Positions 1-11,423 of a stretch of 64,000 bases of DNA are shown here, piece by piece. A program made the position numbers and the translations under genes. The stretch is from Octopus vulgaris (Eukaryota). Each line of letters begins with the position of its first letter. The first letter of the stretch is position 1. The notes beneath the pieces were generated by a model. The model ran no database searches. It saw only the letters and a program-made list of their open reading frames with translations, and was not told the origin of the DNA. The stretch spans positions 150,970,001 through 151,034,000 of the forward strand of contig OX597816.1 of the NCBI GenBank assembly GCA_951406725.2. The letters run 5' to 3'.

Positions 1-562
1 AAAATGACTTGTATAAAGTAAGTATCAAGAATATGAATACCAGATTCCCCACAAGTAAAGCAGCATTTAAATATCAATATAACGTTAAAAATAAATTTTT
101 AAAAATAAAATAACTACTTCAGGAATACTCATACTTTTTATTTTAGGATGTTTTAGATTTTTATTATGTTTTACATACTTGACGTATGTGTGTCTTTGTG
201 TGTGTGTGTGTGCACGCACATGCGTGTGCTGTGTATAGAAACAGTATTAAGTTAAAACACCCATTGTATCATACTTAATGTAAATACATCATTGAAAGGT
301 AAATTTACTGCCGTATTCATTTAGAGATAACATCTGTTATGGACTTGTATTTAAAAACACAATAGCTACTAGATGTAAACATTTTTAAACATAGCACATC
401 CATAACAGATGTTACCTCTAGATAAATACTGCAGTAAACTTGCCTTCTAATGATGTATTCACATTAAGTATGATACATAAATGGATATATATATTTATAT
501 AATAAGAAAATAGAGAGGTAATTAATAAATAATAATTTATTAATTAAAAAATTGACAAACAT

Positions 563-648
563 CCCTTCCAGCTGTTTCAATACAAGACCTTCAGGAAAAT
601 TCATTAATAAAATTAAAAATTATTTGAAAGTCGAATCTCATCAGAGGT
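563..648 (-). ncRNA. Degenerate type-I hammerhead ribozyme motif
   Basis: Minus strand reads cct-CTGATGA-(long stem II)-GAAAC-AGCT-GGA-agg; cleavage triplet is GGA rather than GUH. Confidence 0.55.
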
Positions 649-799
649 AGTTTAAGATATACAAAATAGGTGTTCAATTCTTGCATGTTGAGTAAACGAC
701 TATAGTTACCTTGCAGTTGAGTATTAACTGTATTGTTCAACATTCTATGTATAGGTAACTAACCAGTACTTTCATAGGATTTTGCTATATATATATTTA

Positions 800-1072
800 T
801 GGCTGATGCCAGCTCCACCTTGACTGGCTTCCATGCCGGGGGGCAAGTAAAAAGTACCAATCAATCATGGCCGCTGCCGGCCTGTGCTGGTGGCACATAA
901 AAAGCACCCACTACACACATGGAGTGGTTGGCGTTAAAAAGGGCATCCAGCTATAGAAACACTGCCAGATCAGACTGGAGCCTAGTGCAGCCTCCTGGCT
1001 TCCCAGACACCGGTTGAACTGTCCAACCCATGCTAGCATGGAAAACGGACGTTAAATGACGACGACGACGAC

Positions 1073-1125
<53 letters not shown>
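800..1125 (+). mobile_element. Copy of abundant RTE-LINE 3' tail / SINE-like repeat ending in (GAT)n
   Basis: ggcac.taaaaagcacccactacac..ggagtggttggcgttaggaagggcatccagc motif recurs in more than 10 places (e.g. 23990, 29745, 39470, 44510, 59263) and has a GAT tail. Confidence 0.8.
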
Positions 1126-1126
<1 letters not shown>

Positions 1127-2212
1127 ACACACACACACACACATAACCATTTACTTTATTTTGTGCAAAAGCCTCATAGTTTGCTTTTAAAAGCTCCAAT
1201 GCTTCTTGTCAGTTACCACATGTTAATTCCATCTCCCAGGGTAATCCAACGGCATGGGTATACGTGGAACTCCTTTCTGTTTAGAATTTCCATCCTTGTG
1301 TCATTATTGTTATATATATATATGAATGGTGCTGTGACACTGAATGACTAGACTAACTTAATTCTACTTAATGACTAGACTGCTTAATTCTGTTCTATAT
1401 TTAAGAAATGTTGTGTTAACAACAAACAAGATGAGGACAAATATCCGTCAAATGTAAATAATGTAAATATTGTAAATAATTTACTTAATTCTGTTTTCAA
1501 ATCTCAGCTATTGTTTTGTATCTCTGATACACAACCCTGTTTACTGCTGCAATCCTTGTTGAGGATACATTTTACTTACAGTTTACAATCAAATTGTCAG
1601 AAGTAGTGAGACATTTGGCTGTAAAATCATTGCTCTAACAATTTTGATATTCATTCCACCCATGCTACTATAAAACCAAAAAAAATATTAAAATTTGTTT
1701 TAGCCTTGTTTTATATGGCTTGGCTGAATTTTCAAATGTCAATATTTACATGAATTGTTCAAAAACATTTTACTTGCCTTTTCTTTTTATTTGAGAGAAA
1801 AATACATTTTTTGTGGGCCTTCTAAGCTTAGAAGAACAGAATTTTAAAATTTGAAATTTAGTATATTGAAGAAGACACAAAAGAACCAACTCATTGGAGT
1901 ACAGTCCCTATGATCAAGAAATTTCAGCCTGCTTTGATACTGTCATGTGTTTCTAATGAAAACAGATTCAACATTTATTTGTGTAAAGAGTTCATTACTA
2001 TAAGTACTTAAAGCACTGTAAAACTGGTAAGTCTTGAATAAATTTTCAGAGCTAAGTTCAACTCTCTCTTCTTTGGAGCACTTCAGAAATCAGTACCAGA
2101 GATGGTGATGCTAGTGGTGGTGCTGGTATCAGTGATGAAGATGTTAATGTCAATAATGACATAATTATAATTACTGTGGATTTTGTTTTAACTTCTTTCT
2201 CCTCCCAACCAG

Positions 2213-2308
2213 GACCCATTTGAAAGTCTTTTGATGGAAATTGACTTCATTTGTAATGAAATTATCTACACTTTGAACAACTTTGAATCATGGGTATCAC
2301 CTGTAAAG
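2213..2308 (+). CDS. ALDH3: ALDH3-family aldehyde dehydrogenase, first visible coding exon (DPFESLLMEIDFICNEIIYTLNNFESWVSPVK)
   Basis: Pyrimidine tract with AG at 2211-2212 and GTAAGA donor at 2309. 96 nt, phase 0-0; resembles the ALDH3 N-terminal helix E..E.....L..W..P. Confidence 0.85.
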
Positions 2309-3139
2309 GTAAGACTTCCATATTTTTTCTTTCGTGATTTTTTAGTTTTTTTAATGGTAAATATTCTTTCATGAATCCTAGTTGTTATGGTTGTTGTTGA
2401 TTAACCATTGTAACTCCTGCTCCAGCAGACCATCAGGCACTACTACCTGAAACGCAAAAGTGTCTTACATTTCCCTATACTGGCAATTTTTACTTCACTC
2501 ATGAATGGGATCACTGTTGTATTCCTTAAAATGCGATATTTCTTGCTCACATGAGGTTGCAATATTATGGTTACATTCCATCCAGTTTCAGTAAATAATT
2601 ATTACATAAATATAATTACTAATAATACTATATAATTATAATGATCAAAAATAATTCGTTGAAATAAAAGTACTAAATATTTTGTGTATAAGTATTTAGA
2701 TATAGAAGTAATGAGAATAAGAATAATGGAAATAGAACTTATAAGAATAGGAATATCGTGGTTGATTATAAAGAATTATAATTTTTATATTTTTGGCTAT
2801 TTTGTTATTGTTGATTTTGAGTAGAATGGTTAAAATTTGTTATTATTATACAGGACCTTTGCAAATTTTTAAATATGAATATGCTTAGATCAATATAAAA
2901 TATAGATTTTCCAATGCCCCTCTTTCCCCTTCCCCACCTTCTACTTACTCTTCATCCCCCATCTTCTTTTTCCTCTCCTCTCTGGAACACAAGTATCTAT
3001 GTACTCCTCTTCCATGGACCTACAATTTGTAAATTAACTATACTGTCACCACCAACCCTAACTTTTCTTGTATATCTTATTTATTCTGTTGACACAATTC
3101 CTCCACCAAAAGCTAACAAATTATTTTATTATTTTAAAG

Positions 3140-3275
3140 GTCTCCAAAGATTTCCCTAATCTTGCTGATGACTGTTTTATCAAGAAAGAACCATTTGGTG
3201 TGATCTTGGTGATTGCACCATGGAATTACCCAATTCAATTACTTTTCTCTCCCTTAATTGGAATATTAGCTGCAG
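3140..3275 (+). CDS. ALDH3: ALDH3 exon ([46 protein letters not shown])
   Basis: EPxGV and PWNYP (oxyanion Asn) motifs; AG 3138-3139, GT 3276. Confidence 0.95.
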
Positions 3276-3327
3276 GTAGGTTTCACATTCACCATATTAC
3301 TCCTTAAAATTTTACCTACATGCTTAC

Positions 3328-3387
3328 ACATGTATGTATATATGTATGTATGTATGTATGCATGCATGCATGCATGTATGTATGTAA

Positions 3388-3418
<31 letters not shown>

Positions 3419-3562
3419 TGTATGTATGTATGTATGTATGTATGTATGTATGTATATGCATGTATGTGTATATATATATGTGTGTGTGTATGTATGTGTG
3501 TATGCATGTATGTATATGTGTATATGTGTATGTATGCATGTATATATGTATGTATGCATACA
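3328..3562. repeat. (TATG)n compound microsatellite
   Basis: Direct inspection. Confidence 0.95.
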
Positions 3563-4479
3563 TTTGTCATAATCACCACTATCATCATCATCATCGTCAT
3601 CATTTAGAATCCAAGTTCCATGCTGGATCTTGACAGGATCTGACAAGTCCAAAGACGGACACTGTGCTCCTTTATCTGCATTGAGACATTTTCTACGGCT
3701 AGATGTCCTTCATAACACCAATCATTTCACAACATGTACTGGATGTTTTTTTTGGAGCACTAGTGAGCACTAGTGAGGTTGCCATGCATCTGACAACACT
3801 AAAATCCCCTTCAACTAAATGAGGATACACTAGAGATAGAGGTTAAAATGTGAGAAAAGGGGCCAGAAATAAGTTTCTTGCTGTGGAGTAGATGCATAGC
3901 TATTTGCATTATAAAAGAGGGTAGGAGTGATTGGAGTGGAGTTGGAAAGAGACAAAGATAGTGGTAATGAAAGGCAGGAAATATATCTCCTACCAAGCAA
4001 CAAACTACAAGGTCTTATTAATTCAGTCTAGCACCTTATCAATTCAACTTCATGTCTTATCAACTCATCTATTTTGGAAGTGCAAAAAATGTAGAATGCT
4101 ATTTTGTAAGTGTGTATGTGTGTGTGTTCATGTGTGTGTATGTGCATGTGTGTGTGTGTGTGTGTGTGTGTGCATGCACACACATACACACAAACATGTA
4201 TTTATTTTTCTGTCTACCAATTTCACTCACAAGTCAATGACCACTTCAAGACTATAGAAGACATTTACCTTAAAACACTTTGCTGCCACATACCCAAACC
4301 TGTACCATAAAAGTCATATAAATATATATATATATATATATATTTCAAAAATGAGTTTACAGGGATATATTATCCTAGTGGTGACCATGCTTCCTCTTAA
4401 GTCAGTTTCAGATGCTAGCTAACCACAATGGTCCAAATAAGTTGCTAGGCTCTGGTAACTTTTCTCGCCGAGTAAATCT

Positions 4480-5962
4480 GAGTGTCCTCTTTCAATTCAA
4501 GATGGTCCTGTTTAAATTTGACAAGAAACATAGAGGATGACTTTGCAACATATACCGGAATAGTAAAATGTGAGTGTGAAAAGTTCAAATTAAAAGAACT
4601 GACAATGAATATGTTTAAGTGCCTGATATTTGTTGAAGGACTAACAGCACAACAGGATTTGGAAACTCACACAAGGATATTGACTAAGCTAGAACAGAAC
4701 CAGGATATTAGGATATTACTCTTCAACAGATATCAGAAGACTGCCAACAGAAAATAAGTCTTACACATGACAGTTAGAGAATACAGGAATGTGATATATC
4801 AAACGTACAGGCTATAAGGCCAAAGAAAAACATTAGAAAGTGGAAAGTGGATCCGTGCACAAGATGTAGTCAAATACATGACCAATATGATTGTCCATTC
4901 AAAAATCTTAAATGTTCAGGTGTGGTTTTCAAGGTCACAAAAGTTCTCATTGTCGTACAAAAATAGGAAAGAATCCAAAAATAATGCATACAGGAAACAT
5001 AATTAAAATGTATACAGTGTATCTGAAAATGATAAGTATAACAAAATGCATAGAAAGTTTGTAAACATAAAAATAAATGGAACAAACCTCAGATTATAGC
5101 TCAATACTGGGAGTGATATAACTGCATCAAAAACTTAGAGTGTGTTAGATAAACTGGTACTGAGTAAAACTACAAAACTGCAAGAGGTGTTTCGGGAAAA
5201 TAATTATTGTTTAGAGGTGAAGTCAACTGCAATGTGACTTTCCGAGGTAGAACAATAAAAGCAAAGGCTCATGTGCTAAATAATACCAATAACCTATTTG
5301 GAATGAATTGGATGGAGAAATTTGATCTCTGGGATTTACCCGTTGACCACTATTGCAAAAATGTAATAGGCACAGGCACAAGTTCTAACACCAACTCAGA
5401 CAAACTGCAAAAAGAATTAAACAAAGTATTCCCAGATACGTTTTCAGACAAACTAGGTGCATGTTAGAAAACAAAAGCAAAATTTGAGATAAAAGAGAAT
5501 GCAGTACCAATTTTTAAACCAAAAAGAAATGTGCCATATGCAGTGTCAGAACAAATAAACTTAGAGTTAGAGACATCAGAAAAAATTGGAATTATCCAAA
5601 AAGTGGAATATTTTAAATGGGTATCACCAATCGTGTACGTTATAAGAAAAAGAATAATAAAATCAGAGTGTGTGCTGATTTTTCCACTGGGCTAAATGAA
5701 TGTCTTAAAACAGTAAATGTTAGCGGACTGTGAATTCGCAATTGCATATCTTGATGACATATTGATTACGAGTCAATCAATAATTATGCATGTACAGCAT
5801 GTAAAAATGGTATTTAAAAAACTAAGTGAATATGGATTCAAACTGAGCACAGATAAATGAGATTTCTTTTTGCCTAAAATTAGATATTTGGGGCAGATCA
5901 TAGATAGAAAGGGTCAGCGTCTAGATCTTACTAGAGCATCAAAGATTAAAAATATGTCCCCA
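4480..5962 (+). mobile_element. Decayed Ty3/Gypsy (K02A2.6-like) gag-pol fragment
   Basis: Gag FKCLIFVEGL, Cys/His knuckles (CTRC...H...CPF...C), protease-like LNTGSD, RT RVCADFSTGLN and AYLDDILI; many stops and frameshifts. Confidence 0.88.
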
Positions 5963-6632
5963 CCATTCATTCCACTCTTTGTTCTTTCGTTCCCCCTCTC
6001 TCACATTTCCTGGCCTTCTCTTCATGCTCACTTTCCCTCTTTCACTTCACTGTGTCTCTTTCATTTTTCTCTCACCCTCTTCTTAATTCTTCTATCCCTG
6101 TGCCTCTACCTCTCTACCTCTACCAGTGTTTGGCCAGGCCTGACCTTTCTTTCTTGGTTGGACTACTGTCTGTGCAATATCTATATTCCTTCCTGTACTT
6201 ATTAAATCTTATGTCCCTGCCGTAAGGCTTTACTTCCACACACGCCAGCTTAATTTAATTCATCCTTAGTCGAAAGACACCTGTTGTTATGTCCTGTTAT
6301 TTATATTTGTGTAACATTTCTGTTTTTCTTTTTGCGTCCTTTATATATTCGCTACTTTCTTCCAAGGAATGTAATGCTCTTAGCTTATTTTTCCTTGGGG
6401 CTGGCCAGATTGGAGCAATCTTGAGTATAACCAGCCAAAATTGCAAAGATAATCTGGAACTTGACTGAGGATAGAAAATCTCCAAATGATCCGTCTTTGT
6501 TTTCCTTGTATCACCTGTCTGGATATTTTGTTTTCCTTTTTTTTGTTTCACCTAGCTGTCTGGATGTTTTGCATTCTTGTCCCATTTTTGTATTTTTTAT
6601 ATATAAAATATAGCAGCGTACGTACACTATGG

Positions 6633-6669
<37 letters not shown>

Positions 6670-8019
6670 GTATATATATTGACATGTATCATTCATTCTT
6701 AATACTGTCCCTCTCCACCTACATTTTCCGTTGATCACCCTCTGTGCCACCAAATTTATACCTTATTCTCCACCACATGCACCTCTCACTTTCACCATGC
6801 ACTGTATTTGCCTCTCCCTTCACACTCTTGCAACCTACCTAACTGCACATCATCTCTCTTTCTCTCATCCTTTCCCTGTCTAATGCATAATTAATATTCT
6901 ACTGTCTTCACCCCTCTCTGTACTGTCATCACCTACTCCTCCTACCTACTCCAACTACCTGCTCTCCCCACCTACCCCCATTCATATTTCATTTGTCACC
7001 CTACCCACCTTTTGTTCACCATTTACTGCATCCACATCTCAACTCTACCAAATTTCTACAACCATTACCTACTCTTCCTACAATCCTTCATGCATATATT
7101 TATCATCACTCAATGCTTTCTTTTTCATTGTTATATCCCACTCCAATCTCTGACCATCCCTCACTCTCCCCATACATTCTTGCAACTCTACTCACCCATA
7201 CTTCTTGTTCTATTGTTCACACTCACTTCTATTTACATCATATCTTGAGTATCCACCCTGACAGGGCATCACCATTAAGGTGAGACAGTGTCACGTGACA
7301 ACTTGCTGGGGCTGCCTGCTGGAGCCTAGGCGGCAGGTATTTAAAGGGAAAACTTTGACAAGTCAGTCAGTCACCGGCTGACACTCGCTGACAATACATC
7401 GAAGAGGCCAGGGAACAGAAGAAAGAAGACATGCACCCAACACCAGAGCTGAAGACACCTCCGAAAAGGGGGGCCCCGCCATGTCAAAACAGTAGGGGAG
7501 TAGGGGCCGAAACCGGACATGGTTCCTCCAGATGATGTCTTGAGCTAACTGGATCCTATAAAGGAGCTGTTGTGGTAGCAGACCACGAAACACGGTTGTA
7601 ATTCCTTCATCTTTTTCCAGCTCCGCCCTAGCCACTCCCACACTCTCTTTTATAATGTCAGCAACCATGTAGCTCCTCTACAGCAAGAAACCAATACTGG
7701 CCCCTTCTTTTATACTTTAACCTCTCATTCCCTAGTATAATGCCACCTCCCTCTCTACTGTAGTCCTTCTCAGTCAAAGAGAATCTTAGTCTGGTGAGCC
7801 ACATGACAGCTTCACTAGTACTGGTGCCATGAACAAAGCATCAGTCCACTCTATAAATGGTTAGCATTAGGAAGGGTGTAGGAAGCAGTAGAAGCCATGC
7901 CAAAGCAGACAGTGGGGCTCAATGCACTGGTCAGATCTTGTCAAACCATTCAACACATGCGAGCATGGAAGATGAACAGCAAATAATGGTGTTGATGAGG
8001 GTGATGATGATGACGATGA

Positions 8020-8320
8020 TTGGGAGAAAGAGGGGTGGTGGAGGTGGAGAAGTAGGAGGGGGAGAGAAATGGGTGGAAGAGGAGAAGGAAGAGGAAGGGG
8101 AGATGAAGAGGAGGAGGGGGAGGGGGAGGGAGAGGAGGGGGAGAGGAGGAGGGAGAGGAGGAGGGAGAGGAGGAGGGAGAGGAGAGGAGGAGGAAGAGGA
8201 GGAGGAAGTAGGAGGGGATGAAGGAGAAGAAGAAGAGGAGGAGGAGGAGGAGGAGGAAGAGAAGGAGAGGAGGAGAAGGAGGGGAAAAGGAGGGGAGGAG
8301 GAGAGAATGATGATGATGAA
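8020..8320. repeat. Polypurine (GAG/GGA) low-complexity tract
   Basis: Direct inspection. Confidence 0.9.
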
Positions 8321-8821
8321 GAGCAGAGTATACATTCACATACATACATAAATGTATGTGTATGTGTGTGTAAGTATAAGTGAACAGATCATTTAGATTA
8401 CTACTTTATTAGGTTTTAGCTAATAAACAAAGTATTTATTTAAAAATCTATATAAATATAAATACTAATTATAGCTGAAACAAATTGATTACTCTCTTAT
8501 TAGCCTTAGATTACAAATGATTTTACATAAGAATTGATGTAAATGTACACATACATAATAAATACACACATATAATAAACATTGCATTTAATTAATATTA
8601 CTGAAGATTAGCAGAATCTTCAGACCATAATTAAATGCCATTCAGCATTTAGTTATGGTCTGTTATATCCTTAGTTCAAATTCTGCAATGATGAACCTTG
8701 CCTTTAATCTTTCCAGAACAATAAAATAGGATACCAGTCAATATAACTGACTATGCCTTCATTCAACATGTGTGACATGCGCCTTTGTTAGGAATTAATA
8801 TTTGGTAAATGAACCTCGTAG

Positions 8822-9050
8822 AGGTGCAATGGCCTAGTGGTTAGGGCAGCGGACTCGCGGTCGCAGGATCGCGGTTTCGATTCTCAGACCGGGCGTTGTG
8901 TGTGTTTATTGAGCGAAAACACCTAAAAGCTCTACGAGGCTCCGGCAGGGGGTGGTGATCCCTGCTGTACTCTTTCACCACAATGGCGGTGCCCCAGCAT
9001 GGCCACAGCTCAAGAGCTGAAACTGGAAAAACAAAAAACAAAAAACAAAA
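8822..9050 (+). mobile_element. tRNA-derived SINE, young copy
   Basis: A-box tggcctagtgg, B-box-like ggtttcgattc, CpGs intact, A-rich tail; related heads at 26146 and 16775-16858(-). Confidence 0.8.
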
Positions 9051-9070
9051 TAAAATATTTTATATAAATA

Positions 9071-9787
9071 TCTACTATAATAATACTCTTGTGTCTTTCT
9101 CCATCACAACATATGAATGAGAATGGAAGAGGTGATAGATGAATAAGGAAGGAAGGGGTGAAAAAAAATCAAACAGCTTTTCAACTCTGAGTGAGTATAT
9201 GTGTGTGTGTATGTAAAAATGGAGGTATGTGAATGTGTGTGTGTGTGTGAGTGCACGCGTGCACGCAATGGAAGTGGGATGGTGGTATAATAATATTCTT
9301 ATACTCTTGTGTTTTCTCTGTCACAACATATGAATGAGAAAGGAAGGGGTGATAGATGAATAAGGAAGGAAGGGGTGAAAAAAAATCAAACAGCTTTTCA
9401 ACTCTGAGTGAGTATATGTGTGTGTGTAAAAATGGAGGTATGTGAATGTGTGTGTGTGTGTGTGTGTGCGCAATGGAAGTGGGGTGGTGGTATAATAATA
9501 CTCTTGTACTCTTGTGTTTTCTCCGTCACAACATATGAATGAGAAAGGAAGGGGTAATAGATGAATAAGGAAGGAAGGGGTGATGGCAAAAAGTGAATGT
9601 TTGTAAGTGTGAGTGAACATTCAACACTGAAAAGAAGAATCAAATAGTGTTTCAACTCTGTGCGAGTATATATGTGTATGTGTATAAGGGAAGTATGTGA
9701 ATGTTTGTATGTGTGATTATTATGTACCTATTTTATATATAAAATATTACAATTAGTCGTCATTTTTGATGGCATGGAGTTAGCTAG
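9071..9787 (+). mobile_element. Non-autonomous Helitron with ~3 internal ~205-210-bp tandem units
   Basis: A|TC start at 9071, subterminal hairpin gtcgtca..tgatggc, CTAG|T end at 9787; units begin at ~9077, 9287 and 9492. Confidence 0.7.
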
Positions 9788-9837
9788 TTTATATATAAAA
9801 TGTGTGATGTTTGATCAATTTCTTGTCTTTTCTCTAG

Positions 9838-9923
9838 GAAACTGTGCAATGTTAAAACCATCAGAATTTGCTCCACAAACAAGTCAACTGATAGAAACCC
9901 TTATACCTAGATATATGGACACA
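9838..9923 (+). CDS. ALDH3: ALDH3 exon (GNCAMLKPSEFAPQTSQLIETLIPRYMDT)
   Basis: AAGN..vlKPSE motif; AG 9836-9837, GTAAGT 9924; phase 1-0. Confidence 0.95.
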
Positions 9924-10369
9924 GTAAGTCAGTTTTAAAGTTTACTACTTATTTTATTGACTTCGAGCAGTGAAGTGGATGCTATCAGGTATTGCACCCA
10001 GATAGAAAAGAACTCAAGAGGTTTTGGCTGACATTCTACCAATTCCATACCTCACCATATTTAGTATTTTGAATAAGATTAGAAAATGTTGACTCACAAA
10101 AGTTTCCTCAATTTTACAATGATTGCAATTCTTGGATCAAGATCTGTTCTTACATTACATTTGTCCAATTATGTAGAACTGAACAAAACCAGCAACGGAA
10201 TTTCCATGTTGTTCTACAACCTGTTAGAAATAGCAGCCAAATTTCCCTCAAATCACATCCTGCCATCTTAAAAAAGATAGGAAATAATAGGAAAGTGTTG
10301 GCCTAGATGTACAAAAAGATGAGATGGTTATAATTGAAATGTCTTTATCATTAGGTTTGTTCTGAGGTG

Positions 10370-10580
10370 GATAGCTGGCAGAATCCTTAGCACACCAAGC
10401 AAAATGCTTAGGAGTATTTTGTATGTCTCAATGTTCTGAGTTCCAGCTTCAGTGAGGTTGACTTTGCCTTTCATTCTTTTGTGCTCAGTAAAATCAAGTA
10501 CCAGCTGAGCACTGAGGTTGATGTAATTGACTTACCTACCTCCACTGAAATTGCTGACTTTTTTCCAAAATTTGAAACCA
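10370..10580 (+). mobile_element. SINE (gagctggcagaa..ttagcac family)
   Basis: Homologous to 37545-37740, 34697-34910, 38066-38280 and 20715-20920(-). Confidence 0.75.
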
Positions 10581-11259
10581 GTGTCAGTTTATTCAATGAG
10601 AGTTGTCCTAGGGTTAAACAATGACATACCACTACATTAGAGTCTTTGACCATCACTGACTTATATTTCATTGACCACCACAGACCTCAAGATTACAGAA
10701 ATTTAACCACTAAGTTATACTACACCACAGTTCCTTGATCACAGCTGACCATTACTAAGCAATATTAAACAGTCTCTGAAGATAAACATTTCAAAGTCTA
10801 TACAACATTGACCACTACAGAAAACTAACAATACAATGAACCAGCTAGGGAGCTTCTATGCAGCCACTCAACTTACTAAACATAACAGTCAAATCTCCCT
10901 CTGATCACACCCTATCATCTTCTAAAGACAATATCCATCTGAAGAAGGATACATTAGACAATATATGCACTGATATAACAAAATAGGATGGTCAGAGTTG
11001 GAATACATTTGATCATAAGTCTGCTTGGCCAGGGCTGACATGGGTCTAAATAACAATAGCTACATGACATTCCAGTGACCAGGACACTCTCCTAACCACA
11101 CTGACCTCTGATTTAACCGTACATACTAGACAGGTCCTTTACTTAGTTTAAAGAATGACTGGTTGGTCCTGTTGCCTCTTCTATATCAATGATAATTAAA
11201 ACAATATCTGTTGCTTTATATAAAGCTGGTTCATATATTTCTTTTCTTCCTTCCTTTAG

Positions 11260-11423
11260 GAATGTATATGTGTGTATCCTGGAGGTACTGAAGAGCTCAC
11301 AGACCTACTGGATCAGAGATTTGATCATATCTTCTTTGCTGGAAGTTCAAGCTTTGGTCGGGCTGTTATGGCTGCTGCATCAAAATTCCTCACACCTGTT
11401 ACCTTACAGCTGAGTAGCAAATG
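11260..11423 (+). CDS. ALDH3: ALDH3 exon ([55 protein letters not shown])
   Basis: FDHIFFxGS Rossmann motif and LTPVTL; AG 11258-11259, GT 11424; phase 0-2 matches the next exon. Confidence 0.93.

Noticed and set aside
1960-2032. GTAAGT donor as a possible ALDH3 first coding exon
   Set aside because: The phase-0 frame has a stop five codons upstream and no ALDH3 N-terminal similarity.
3266-3652. ORFs rich in YVCM/HTYI (also at 12.5-12.9, 38.6-39.0, 41.0-41.6 and 50.6-51.2 kb)
   Set aside because: These are translations of (TATG)n, (CA)n and (TA)n microsatellites, not genes.
6211-6280. tgtc-cCTGCCGTA...agtcGAAAgaca hammerhead-like trace
   Set aside because: The core is too degenerate and stem III and the cleavage site are missing.
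7857-8351. 164-aa Glu/Gly/Arg-rich ORF and its antisense ORFs
   Set aside because: Polypurine low-complexity tract at a retroelement tail.
8822-8895. tRNA-like sequence
   Set aside because: No complete cloverleaf; it continues into a SINE body and has related copies.
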